This document shows, one piece after another, positions 19,051-28,520 of a DNA stretch of 64,000 bases. This DNA comes from a virus (Duplodnaviria; Caudoviricetes). Position 1 is the first letter of the stretch. Each line of letters opens with the position of its first letter. Position numbers and translations under genes: made by a program. The notes beneath the pieces were generated by a model that searched no databases, was not told the DNA's origin, and saw only the letters and a list, made by a program, of their open reading frames with translations. The stretch lies in the IMG/VR virus record IMGVR_UViG_3300031994_000089, positions 3,154 through 67,153 of that record; one strand, written 5' to 3'.

Positions 19051-21291
19051 ATGGAGGTGTATAATTTGGATATTAATGATAGTTTAACAATTCAATCTTA
19101 TAAAGATAAAATGAAAAGATTAATGTATCTATATAATCCTTATATAGATATGAATGATTTAGATAATATATTAGATTATTCTATAAATAAAAGATTGTAT
19201 AATGCTAATGCTGGAATATCTAATTCATATAAAAGATATGTAGATCCAGAAACTAAGAAATTTAAAGATTTGTTTCATGAATTTACTTTATTACAAATAG
19301 CAGATTATATAAAACAAAGAGAACCTATAGTAACTGCTTATGGTACAATGTTTAAGTATCACGGATCGGTTCCTAATCCATTAGCAACTACAATACAATC
19401 ATTTCTAGATCTTCGAGGAATACATAAAAAAGAAATGTTTAAATATCCTAAAGGATCAGAACAATTTGAGAAGTACAATCTGATGCAACTGCTTGATAAA
19501 ATAGATAGTAATGGTATTTATGGTACTTTGGGACAATTTACTTCTTTAATATATAATGTAAACGTTGCAACTAGTATAACTTCTCAAGGTAGAGCATTAA
19601 TTAGTTCAACAACAATGTTATTTGAATCATTTTTAGCTAATAATGTTAAATTTGGTAGTATTAATGAAGTATTACAATTTATAGATAATATTATATCTGA
19701 AAGACCTTTGAGAACTTTTAGAGATATAGATATATTGGATAAAGAAGTATCTTTAGAAGATTGTTTTGCTAAAGTGATCCTTGAATGTGGTTGGAATTGG
19801 ATCCCTGATTGGGATGAGATGGAAATAATATGGAATATATTGTCTCATCTTGATAGAGAAGATCTCAATAGAATATATTATAAGAATAATCTTTATGAGT
19901 TTATGAGCAATAGTAAACCTTTAAATATGGTAAAAAATATGTTACGTAAACTCAAATCTCCATTACTTAATTCTTTGGATATTCCAGAAGAGATTCAAGA
20001 AGATATTAAATTCTTTGGTGATATATTAATGGAATATGTATATTATAGATATATGTATATTGATAGAATCGATAGGTGTGATAATATGATTAAATCTGTC
20101 GTTATGATATCAGATACAGATTCATGTATTATTTCATTGGATGCTTGGTATAGATTTATTGCTGAACAGATAAATGGTGAAGAATTATCAATTGCTAATT
20201 GGTGCAAAAATCCAATATTTGAAGATAAAAATTGGAGAGAAAGTTTAGATTTTGTACCTAAGAAATATGATTATGATTTTATAAATGAAGAAATTATAGA
20301 CGGTGGATATAGAATCGATAATTCTGAAATTTCTCCAAATAAAAATGTAAGATATTCTATAATAAATATAATAGCATATGTATTGGATAGAGTATCTAAT
20401 GATTATATGATCGAATTTTGTAAAAAGAATCATTCTGTAAAAGATTCTATTAATAAAATAGGTGAACATTCATTGGACAGACCTTGTAAAATTATTTTAA
20501 AGAACGAATTTACCTTTGATAGATTGTTAACTACTGCAGCAAAGAAGAATTATGCATCTTTAGTAACAGTTCAAGAAGGTAATCTTATTCCAGAGAATAA
20601 ACAATTAGATACTAAAGGTATTGAAGTATTTACAAAGTCTACTAAAACAGAATCTACAAGAGAAGCTTTGAAGAAAATATTAATGGAAGATATATTAAAA
20701 GCTCCAGAAATTAACCAACTTCAAGTTATTAAAGATATTGTAATCTTTGAGAAACAAATTGTAAATTCAGTTAGATCTGGTTCAAAGGAATACTTTAAAC
20801 CTGCGAAAATTAAATCTACTAGTAGTTATGATGATCCAATGAGGAATCAAGGTATTAAAGGCGCTGTGGCTTGGAATGCTTTGAGACAAGGTACAATATT
20901 AGAAGGTATTGATTTATCTGAAAGAAATGCTATAGATATAGCAAAGGTTAAAATTAATAGATTAACAGCTGAGAATATTAAAGATTCTTATCCAGATATT
21001 TATAGAAATATTATTAATCTATTTGACGAAGATGATAATGCTCCTGATGCTTATACTATAGAAATAGATAAGAAGACTGGAAAAGAAAAGAAAAAAGATA
21101 ATAGAACTTTTAAGGGTTCCATTGATGCCATCAGTATTCCAAAAGATATACCAATACCAGAATGGCTAAAAGAGTTTATTGATTATGATACTATTGTGGA
21201 AGACAACATCAAAGGATTTCCTTATGAAAGTATCGGTATACAAAGATTAGATAAAAATCACGTTACATATACTAATATTATTAAACTATAA
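19051..21291 (+). CDS. family B DNA polymerase, catalytic (motif B/C) subunit of a split enzyme
   Basis: KIDSNGIYG (motif B), SDTDS (motif C), KKNYA; no exonuclease domain or motif A seen; true start may be TTG 19066 after GGAGGT. Confidence 0.85.
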   Translation: MEVYNLDINDSLTIQSYKDKMKRLMYLYNPYIDMNDLDNILDYSINKRLYNANAGISNSYKRYVDPETKKFKDLFHEFTLLQIADYIKQREPIVTAYGTMFKYHGSVPNPLATTIQSFLDLRGIHKKEMFKYPKGSEQFEKYNLMQLLDKIDSNGIYGTLGQFTSLIYNVNVATSITSQGRALISSTTMLFESFLANNVKFGSINEVLQFIDNIISERPLRTFRDIDILDKEVSLEDCFAKVILECGWNWIPDWDEMEIIWNILSHLDREDLNRIYYKNNLYEFMSNSKPLNMVKNMLRKLKSPLLNSLDIPEEIQEDIKFFGDILMEYVYYRYMYIDRIDRCDNMIKSVVMISDTDSCIISLDAWYRFIAEQINGEELSIANWCKNPIFEDKNWRESLDFVPKKYDYDFINEEIIDGGYRIDNSEISPNKNVRYSIINIIAYVLDRVSNDYMIEFCKKNHSVKDSINKIGEHSLDRPCKIILKNEFTFDRLLTTAAKKNYASLVTVQEGNLIPENKQLDTKGIEVFTKSTKTESTREALKKILMEDILKAPEINQLQVIKDIVIFEKQIVNSVRSGSKEYFKPAKIKSTSSYDDPMRNQGIKGAVAWNALRQGTILEGIDLSERNAIDIAKVKINRLTAENIKDSYPDIYRNIINLFDEDDNAPDAYTIEIDKKTGKEKKKDNRTFKGSIDAISIPKDIPIPEWLKEFIDYDTIVEDNIKGFPYESIGIQRLDKNHVTYTNIIKL

Positions 21292-21330
21292 GCACATTAT
21301 AATAATCTAATAATAAGGAGGTAATTATTT

Positions 21331-21477
21331 ATGGAGACTATTGGAGTAATTACAGAGCAAGGTGATCTTGGTCTTGGATTCGATGAAATTTCTAAAAAGG
21401 AACAAACAATTATAGAAAATAATATTAGCAGTAATAAGGAGGAAACTAATATGGCTCCAGACAAGACATCGAAGTAA
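21331..21477 (+). CDS. small hypothetical protein (48 aa, not in ORF track)
   Basis: AAGGAGG RBS, METIGVITEQGDLGLGFDE..; CACA-N6-TAAT upstream. Confidence 0.65.
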   Translation: METIGVITEQGDLGLGFDEISKKEQTIIENNISSNKEETNMAPDKTSK

Positions 21478-21512
21478 ATTTTATAATTAATTTTATACCT
21501 TATTTAATTATT

Positions 21513-21543
21513 AAACCTGGAGATTATCTCAGTCTCCAGGTTT
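21513..21543 (+). terminator. intrinsic terminator hairpin
   Basis: AAACCTGGAGA / TCTCCAGGTTT then T-tract. Confidence 0.7.
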
Positions 21544-21602
21544 AATTTTTACTATATAACACACAATGATATAATTATTCCTAATATAATAGGAGATAGA
21601 TT

Positions 21603-22046
21603 ATGATAATAAAAGAAGAAAATAGAGATTTAAGTACTGTAAATTCTGATGAATATTATTTAGTACAATATATGTCTGCTGATTTTGCGATGGCTACTGG
21701 AGTATTGGTTCATATTAATGAATATCATAATACGAAAAAAGCCTTAAAAGATATATATGGAGATACTATAATTACAAAATTTCCAGACATGAATTGTATA
21801 TTATATGATAATAAGATTTTTAATCTTATTATCAAAGCTAATCAAAAACAAAGAATTACATCCGAAATGGTAGAGAAATCATTACGTTCTATGAAACGAA
21901 TATTATTAGATATAGATATAGATATAAAAACAAATAAGATTGCTATACCAAAGAATGGTATAACTGAATTAGATTGGAATATAATAAAACCTATAATCGA
22001 AAAGGTTTTTCAAGATACAAATGTTGAGATTTTAATTTGCTCATAA
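21603..22046 (+). CDS. macrodomain protein (Poa1/TARG1/DarG-like), degenerate ligand loops
   Basis: YLVQYMSADFAMATG, IFNLIIK, KIAIPK..LDW..IKPIIEKVF..EILIC follow the Poa1-like macro pattern. Confidence 0.7.
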   Translation: MIIKEENRDLSTVNSDEYYLVQYMSADFAMATGVLVHINEYHNTKKALKDIYGDTIITKFPDMNCILYDNKIFNLIIKANQKQRITSEMVEKSLRSMKRILLDIDIDIKTNKIAIPKNGITELDWNIIKPIIEKVFQDTNVEILICS

Positions 22047-22075
22047 ATATAATCACAGGGAAAGGAGGACTCTGT

Positions 22076-22369
22076 ATGTTTTATTCTAATACTGGAGATG
22101 CAAATTATCGAAACGATTATACTACACCTATAAATCAATTCCCATTCTCATATGTACAGCAGCCTTCTCAGCCTGCTGTTAATACATACATACAACAGCC
22201 TTCTGAACCTACTATTAATAATATTAATGATTTATATCTATATATAAAATCTGAATTTGATAAAATAGACTATAGATTAAGTAAACTAGAATCTAATCAG
22301 CAACAAGAAATTGATGAAATTAATAAGGCTAAAGAAGACATAAAAATTACTATACATACTTGGTCCTAA
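22076..22369 (+). CDS. hypothetical protein, P/Q-rich with coiled coil
   Basis: ATG 22076 after AAAGGAGG. Confidence 0.65.
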   Translation: MFYSNTGDANYRNDYTTPINQFPFSYVQQPSQPAVNTYIQQPSEPTINNINDLYLYIKSEFDKIDYRLSKLESNQQQEIDEINKAKEDIKITIHTWS

Positions 22370-22383
22370 GGAGGGTATACAAA

Positions 22384-22533
22384 ATGGAAAATAATAATAA
22401 TAATGAAATTGAGAAAACTGTTAAAAATGATAAGAATAAAAGTAGTGGTTTAACTTATTCTCTTTCTGATCAATTAGATAAGTTATTTCCACAATATAAA
22501 CCTTCAAAAAAGAAAAAGGAGGAAAATGATTAA
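22384..22533 (+). CDS. small hypothetical protein (49 aa, not in ORF track)
   Basis: GGAGGG RBS; stop overlaps tubulin ATG (TAATG). Confidence 0.6.
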   Translation: MENNNNNEIEKTVKNDKNKSSGLTYSLSDQLDKLFPQYKPSKKKKEEND

Positions 22534-23639
22534 TGAAAACTCTTTTGGTAGGTGTTGGTGCTGCTGGCAATAAGGCTATATACGAAGCTGTAAGTTCAAA
22601 ATTATTTAAAGAAGAAGATACAATTATTATAAATTCTACATCTAAGGATTTTCCTAAAGAATATACTGGAAAAACTATAGTGTTATCTCCTAACGATACA
22701 GGTTGTGGAAAAGAAAGATCTGTAGCAAAAGAGTATGTAAAAACTGCAATTAAAGCTGGAAAGTTTAATATAGATTCTGTTGCTAATTATGATACTATAA
22801 TAATTGCTACATCTGTAGAAGGTGGAACTGGATCTGGTTCTACTCCTATTATCGCTAAATATTTCCAACAAGTATCCAAGAAGAATGTACATGTTATAGC
22901 ATTTACTGGATTTGAAGAAGATGTTAGAGGATTAGCAAATACTGTAGAATTTTTCCAAGAACTTGATTCTGCTATAGTTGTTCAAACTATATCCAATGCT
23001 AGTTTTTTGGATCAAGCCAATAATAATAAATTTAAGGCTGAAGAATTAGCAGATAAGGAAATGTGCACTAGAATTAGAGTGTTTACTGGTATGGATTTTA
23101 TAGATTCTAAGCAGAATATTGATGATACAGATATTAATAAAGTATCTAATACATCTGGATATATGACTGTAGAATATAAACAACTTAGAAAACCTCTTGA
23201 AAGTCAAGATGATTTTAATAAGGTTATCAAGAATATGATTTATAATTCTCATTCTATTAAATCTAATAATCCTGGTGCTATCAGAACAGGTGTAATACTT
23301 AATATATCTCCAGAATCAGAAGATGCTATTGATTATACATTTAATGATATTATAGAAACTTATGGAAAACCATATGAGAATTTCTTACAGGAGCAATGGG
23401 ATGGTAAAAAAGAGTATATTGCTTTTATTGTTTCTGGAATGCATATGCCGCTTGATGAACTTAAATCTGTTTATGAAAGATATAAGGAAGCGTCGGATAA
23501 AGTTAATAAAGAAGCAGATAAGTTCAATAAAGAACTCAATGCGTTATCTCTTAATTCAGAAGATGAAATGTTTAATATGATAAAGAATGAAGAGAAGGGT
23601 ATGGGAGTTGCTGATTTCTTATCTCAGTTCGATGATTAA
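22533..23639 (+). CDS. phage tubulin/FtsZ-family GTPase (PhuZ/TubZ-like)
   Basis: GVGAAGNKA, INST, GCGK, signature GGTGSG, T7-like NIDDTD; amphipathic acidic C-tail VADFLSQFDD. Confidence 0.92.
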   Translation: MKTLLVGVGAAGNKAIYEAVSSKLFKEEDTIIINSTSKDFPKEYTGKTIVLSPNDTGCGKERSVAKEYVKTAIKAGKFNIDSVANYDTIIIATSVEGGTGSGSTPIIAKYFQQVSKKNVHVIAFTGFEEDVRGLANTVEFFQELDSAIVVQTISNASFLDQANNNKFKAEELADKEMCTRIRVFTGMDFIDSKQNIDDTDINKVSNTSGYMTVEYKQLRKPLESQDDFNKVIKNMIYNSHSIKSNNPGAIRTGVILNISPESEDAIDYTFNDIIETYGKPYENFLQEQWDGKKEYIAFIVSGMHMPLDELKSVYERYKEASDKVNKEADKFNKELNALSLNSEDEMFNMIKNEEKGMGVADFLSQFDD

Positions 23640-23648
23640 GGAAAAAAT

Positions 23649-23927
23649 ATGAGATGGATTACAGGAAGAATAAAAAGAATTATTATAAAAAATAATATTA
23701 GATTAAATATAAATAAGGAAATTCCAGGCGATTTATTTCACCTGGAATTTAATTCTATAGATATTTGTAAAGATCACGAGGATCAGAAATATTTATACAT
23801 TATTACAGATACATTAAATAACTATAAAGATGATGATACTGTATTATTTTTTGATACATTCTTTATTAAATATAATGGAGAATTAATCGATACTTCTATA
23901 TCTATAATAGATTATATTATGAGGTAA
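23649..23927 (+). CDS. hypothetical protein
   Basis: 92-aa ORF, AAGGA RBS. Confidence 0.55.
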   Translation: MRWITGRIKRIIIKNNIRLNINKEIPGDLFHLEFNSIDICKDHEDQKYLYIITDTLNNYKDDDTVLFFDTFFIKYNGELIDTSISIIDYIMR

Positions 23928-23934
23928 ATATATT

Positions 23935-24828
23935 ATGGATGATTATAATTTCGATAATACTACATATGTTAAATATACTAATATTGTTTATGATATAGAT
24001 TCTGTTATAAATAAAATTAAATCTAGTGATGATCCCAATGAGATTAAACAGATAATATTATATCAACATGATACAATATTTACCAGAGATAATTTAATAA
24101 ATAATAATATAGAAAAAATACAAGAATTATTTATGGATATTAATTTTATAAATATATTGGATGATATTAGCGGGTTATTATTACCTAAATTATCAGAATC
24201 TGAATTTATATTTTTAAATAAAATAATTTATGACTTTTTTATATATTCATCTAGATTTTATGTTGATAATAAAATTAAAAGTATTAAAACTAAAATGAAT
24301 AGTATAGCAATGAATATAAATAAAGATATTATTGTTGGATTGTCTTCTATAATGGGGATTAATTCTGCTTTAAAGCTATCTATAATCTCTAGATCTAGTT
24401 TTAAATTTGACAACATAGTTCACAGAGTAAATATGTTTATATATGATTCTTCATTTGATAATTGGGATATTGCTAAAATATATAGAATAATATATGGTGA
24501 TTATAAAATTGGATGTGAATTAGTATATGCTATTGGAGTAAGAAAATTTTCATCTTTATTTACATATACAATGCTAGAATATCCAAAATATGATGCTAGT
24601 AAAGATTTTTTGCTTCAATTTAATAAGGTATCTAAAATTATATTGGATATGTTGGATGATTTAACACCAACTCATTTAGAATCTATATTGTTAAATTATA
24701 TAAATTTGATAAGCTTATATAATATGCCAGAAAATAAATTAAGGTTTTCTTTAAAAGAACATGCAGGAGAACGACTATTATTTTTAATAAAACGTATAGA
24801 AGATTTACATAATATTCATATTTATTAA
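23935..24828 (+). CDS. hypothetical protein
   Basis: 297-aa ORF, GAGG RBS. Confidence 0.7.
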   Translation: MDDYNFDNTTYVKYTNIVYDIDSVINKIKSSDDPNEIKQIILYQHDTIFTRDNLINNNIEKIQELFMDINFINILDDISGLLLPKLSESEFIFLNKIIYDFFIYSSRFYVDNKIKSIKTKMNSIAMNINKDIIVGLSSIMGINSALKLSIISRSSFKFDNIVHRVNMFIYDSSFDNWDIAKIYRIIYGDYKIGCELVYAIGVRKFSSLFTYTMLEYPKYDASKDFLLQFNKVSKIILDMLDDLTPTHLESILLNYINLISLYNMPENKLRFSLKEHAGERLLFLIKRIEDLHNIHIY

Positions 24829-24837
24829 AATAATAAG

Positions 24838-24869
24838 AAAAAGAGAGTAGTTAATCCTACTCTCTTTTT
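24838..24869. terminator. bidirectional terminator between convergent genes
   Basis: AAAAAGAGAGTAG / CTACTCTCTTTTT. Confidence 0.75.
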
Positions 24870-24872
24870 ATT

Positions 24873-25871
24873 TTATTTTTTAAGTTGGTAGGTCCCTTTG
24901 ACCTCCGTGGTATTTTCTTCTTTATTTTGTTTCTTTTCCATTGGAAAAGCTGCTTTGAATATTTTAATACAGTCAAGGTATCTTAATCTTAATATTTTCA
25001 TCTTGGCAGAGAATACATCAGTATTTCCAGATAGGTACCAATTAACATATTTTATATTTCCACCTTTATCTCCACCAACAGCATTACCTTTATTTACTAC
25101 TTTTACAGATTTAGTATCGTTGTTTTCTTCTTCTGTAAGTAAACAAGATTCGTATATTCCTTCAAGTATATCTAAAGAATTTTCAGATGCTGGCTCCACA
25201 GATTGAGATGTTTGGGACTGTTCACCTGATTCCTCCCCAGGCTCTGTTACCTTTAAACTATATCTTACTTTATTAATATTATTATTCATCTTATCGATAT
25301 CTGATTCTAATTTTGTACTAGATTCTTTGAATCTCCTAATACAAAAATCAACCATACTATTCATCTCATCATTGGTAATCGTATGGTCTCCTTCTTCTGT
25401 GGTTACAACTTGATCAATAATATTATTTTTTAAAGATTTTTCTTTATCAACAAAAATTGCACCAAAAGCTTTACTATAGTATTCTGTTTTATTTTGACAT
25501 GATTTTAGGACATTAATATCAAAATCAACCATGGATACTGCGTCCAATTTATTCATATCGTACTTGTGCCAATATTGGACTACAGCTGAACCATCATATG
25601 AATCTATTTTAGCTTTTGCATTATCTATTATAGGTTTTACTGCAGCTTCTATAACCTTAGTTTTAAAAGTATTCCAAGCTTTCTGTATACCTACTACGAT
25701 TTTTTCTACATATTTATTTACAGAATCTTTAAAATCTTCTTCTATTATCATTAATCCAACAGATTCATGATGTACAGAAGATCCTAGAAAGATAAGATTA
25801 TCAAATAATTCTTGTTCTGCTAAAAACATTGTATATTCTAATTCTATCTCATCGATATATTCATCATACAT
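24873..25871 (-). CDS. probable virion (head) protein
   Basis: Late-promoter operon; acidic N-terminal propeptide-like segment with HES/xE sites typical of protease-processed jumbo head proteins (inference). Confidence 0.5.
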   Translation of the reverse strand: MYDEYIDEIELEYTMFLAEQELFDNLIFLGSSVHHESVGLMIIEEDFKDSVNKYVEKIVVGIQKAWNTFKTKVIEAAVKPIIDNAKAKIDSYDGSAVVQYWHKYDMNKLDAVSMVDFDINVLKSCQNKTEYYSKAFGAIFVDKEKSLKNNIIDQVVTTEEGDHTITNDEMNSMVDFCIRRFKESSTKLESDIDKMNNNINKVRYSLKVTEPGEESGEQSQTSQSVEPASENSLDILEGIYESCLLTEEENNDTKSVKVVNKGNAVGGDKGGNIKYVNWYLSGNTDVFSAKMKILRLRYLDCIKIFKAAFPMEKKQNKEENTTEVKGTYQLKK

Positions 25872-26812
25872 TACATCTTACCCTCCTTCATAGATTTTAA
25901 TATTATTTTAGATAATATTTGTACTTGTTCTTCTTTATATAACTTAAACATATCTAATTTTATAGAGAATAATTGAACATAAATATTACATATTCCTTGA
26001 ATTCTGTTACAATATTCTCTTATTAAATTTACAAACATAGATGATATTTCAGGACTAATTTCTTTCACAGGAGAATATTTTGCTATATCTAAACTATTAA
26101 ATTTATTTATCATCATATTAGCTGTAGATTCTAATAAACTTTGATCATTAGTTATAGCTTTTTCTAAATTTTTTGATTCAAAATATTCTTTAGTATATGC
26201 TTTAGTTTCAGATGGATGAATAACATTAGATAAAGCTTGTTTATCTGGTTTAAAATACTTTGCCACTAATTCTGGATATTCTTCTTTGGATACTTTGCTT
26301 CTAGATCCTATAGATATTCCTCTTTGTTGATCCAAGAAATCATTTATATTATCCATACTATTCTTGATATTAAATATTGTGGCATGAATATCCTCCAAAC
26401 TGGTACAATTCGATATTTTTTCTAATTCTCCTACTAGTACCCCATATTGCTCATTTAAACTCATTTTATACATCGATATGTTTGTAGAGCTATCTAAATT
26501 CGTGAATGTAGAAGGGTATGTATCAATCTCTACATCCCAATTTATATTTTCAAGTTTCTTTCTATATCTTTTTAACAATACAGATTTTGCAGTAAAAGAA
26601 TTATATGCTGCTTTAAACTTATTCCAAATAGTTTTTACTATTTCTATGAACTTTTCAAATATAAATTTAAATATCTTTTTAAAATCAATTTTCTTAATAT
26701 AATCTACCAATGACGCTTCACCAATATAATATGTATTTTGTATCATAGCATAATAATTTTTATTTTCGTCAAGTATCATATTTAATGACTCAACAAATGA
26801 ATTGGTTTCCAT
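25871..26812 (-). CDS. probable virion (head) protein
   Basis: Directly downstream of TACA-N6-TAAT; similar N-terminal architecture to its neighbour (FVES..GEAS..KIWNKFK). Confidence 0.5.
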   Translation of the reverse strand: METNSFVESLNMILDENKNYYAMIQNTYYIGEASLVDYIKKIDFKKIFKFIFEKFIEIVKTIWNKFKAAYNSFTAKSVLLKRYRKKLENINWDVEIDTYPSTFTNLDSSTNISMYKMSLNEQYGVLVGELEKISNCTSLEDIHATIFNIKNSMDNINDFLDQQRGISIGSRSKVSKEEYPELVAKYFKPDKQALSNVIHPSETKAYTKEYFESKNLEKAITNDQSLLESTANMMINKFNSLDIAKYSPVKEISPEISSMFVNLIREYCNRIQGICNIYVQLFSIKLDMFKLYKEEQVQILSKIILKSMKEGKM

Positions 26813-26842
26813 TATTTATATCCTCCTCTATTTTTATAGGGT

Positions 26843-26856
26843 ATTAATTAGATGTA
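26843..26856 (-). promoter_or_regulatory. putative late promoter TACA-TCTAAT-TAAT
   Basis: ACATCTAATTAATA identical to the element at 38685-38698. Confidence 0.6.
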
Positions 26857-26975
26857 AAAAGGGTATATAGTTATCAATTGAAAATATATTTAATTATAAT
26901 AATATATTATAAATATGAATTACTGCACGTAATCATAAATAAATATATAAATGTATTGTAGAAAGGGGATTTAAA

Positions 26976-28475
26976 ATGAACTATTTACCAGAAAAAACAA
27001 ACACTATATTGAAAAATAATATTAGGAGGTTGATTGACAATGGTGATATAGACTTAAATGGCTTATGCAATGAGATGAGAATAACTACTAATGAATTTAA
27101 TGCTAGAATTGCCGACGATTCAACTAGAGAATTAACACCAAGTATGTTTTATGATTTATTCATATATGCTTTAAAAAATAATATAAAGGTAAATTTGTTA
27201 GGCGATTTACCAGATTCATATGGAGATAGATTAAAGTATTTTATATATGAAAAAGGGATGGATATATCTGAATTTGCTAGAAGAACAGATATACCTATGA
27301 GTCTTTTACTCAAGATGTCTATTGATAAACGAGTTATATGTAGTAGACATAAAGAAAAGATGTGCAGAGTTTTAACTGAGGAGGAATTTAATAAATTGTC
27401 ACCATATACAAATATTGATTTAAAGATTAAAAAAGACAAAGAAGTTATAAGAGGTATAAACTTTGCTTATAATATTTATATTATGAATAATAATAAATAT
27501 TTTTCTCCCGAGATGATGCTTAAAGAGTTAAATATAAAAGATACTGATATGAATAAATTTTTTACCGGTAAAATTAATATTACTCCTACCAGAAAACAAA
27601 AAATTGCTAGATATATTAAAGTGCCCATTGCAGATGTAGCTGAAAATAATTTATTTAAAGATTCTTTAAATCTTGGTAGCACTTTAAATAAATTTGGTTA
27701 TTGGATGGCTAATAAATTATATACTGAAAATAATTCTATTTTATTATTTGCAGAAAGATGCAATTTAGATGTAGATTATATTGCAGGTATTATAAGCGGA
27801 CAAATATTAATAAATACTAAAGATGTAAAGAATATAGCAGATCATTTATCAGTTGATCCAGAAGGATTAATAAATGTTATTCCTAAGACAGACGAAGAGC
27901 TACTTCCACTTAAACTTAAAACAATAAAAAAGGAGAATAATAATATAATGGTAGATAATTTTGATCTTAACAACGATTTCAATAAAAGAATTAGAACCAT
28001 TATCGAAAGAAAAGGATATGGTTTTAAAGAGTTCTGCAAAGTTATGGATATTAATAGTAATACTTTTACCTCTGCACTACATAGAGGTAGATTGCCTTTG
28101 AAGAATCAAGAGTTAGTAATTAAAGCATTGGGGTTAGATATGATTCCCGAAACCTCAAAGGTTCCGAAAAAGCAGAGTAGTAAGAAAACAACAGCTGAAA
28201 TGAAAGACAATAGTGATACTAAAATTGTTTCTATGGACGAATTAGAGAATATGTGTAAGGACTCAGAACCAGAAGTAACAGATAATAAGATTGATGAAAA
28301 AGATCTTATAGAGGTTCTTGAAAACTTCAGTGTCATGGATGATAATCTACAGATATCATTTGTTAGATTAATTGATATTGGTAGAAATGCAATGTCTAGT
28401 TATGAGCATATTGGAGAGGCTAATGTGCTCGGAAGAATAGCTAGAATGAATTATATTAATGATTTAGCAAAGTAG
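26976..28475 (+). CDS. protein with about five tandem XRE/Cro-C1-type HTH domains
   Basis: Repeating units such as RLKYFIYEKGMDISEFARRT and RIRTIIERKGYGFKEFCKVMDI; early promoter 26900-26911. Confidence 0.7.
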   Translation: MNYLPEKTNTILKNNIRRLIDNGDIDLNGLCNEMRITTNEFNARIADDSTRELTPSMFYDLFIYALKNNIKVNLLGDLPDSYGDRLKYFIYEKGMDISEFARRTDIPMSLLLKMSIDKRVICSRHKEKMCRVLTEEEFNKLSPYTNIDLKIKKDKEVIRGINFAYNIYIMNNNKYFSPEMMLKELNIKDTDMNKFFTGKINITPTRKQKIARYIKVPIADVAENNLFKDSLNLGSTLNKFGYWMANKLYTENNSILLFAERCNLDVDYIAGIISGQILINTKDVKNIADHLSVDPEGLINVIPKTDEELLPLKLKTIKKENNNIMVDNFDLNNDFNKRIRTIIERKGYGFKEFCKVMDINSNTFTSALHRGRLPLKNQELVIKALGLDMIPETSKVPKKQSSKKTTAEMKDNSDTKIVSMDELENMCKDSEPEVTDNKIDEKDLIEVLENFSVMDDNLQISFVRLIDIGRNAMSSYEHIGEANVLGRIARMNYINDLAK

Positions 28476-28484
28476 ACAAAATGG

Positions 28485-28512
28485 CCCGATAGAGATTAAT
28501 TTCTCTATCGGG
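28485..28512. terminator. bidirectional terminator, ATTAATTT loop
   Basis: CCCGATAGAG-ATTAATTT-CTCTATCGGG between convergent genes. Confidence 0.75.
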
Positions 28513-28520
28513 TTTATTTT

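Noticed and set aside
24898-26702. Plus-strand ORFs 24898-25206, 25531-25770 and 26478-26702
   Set aside because: Antisense to the two late minus-strand genes
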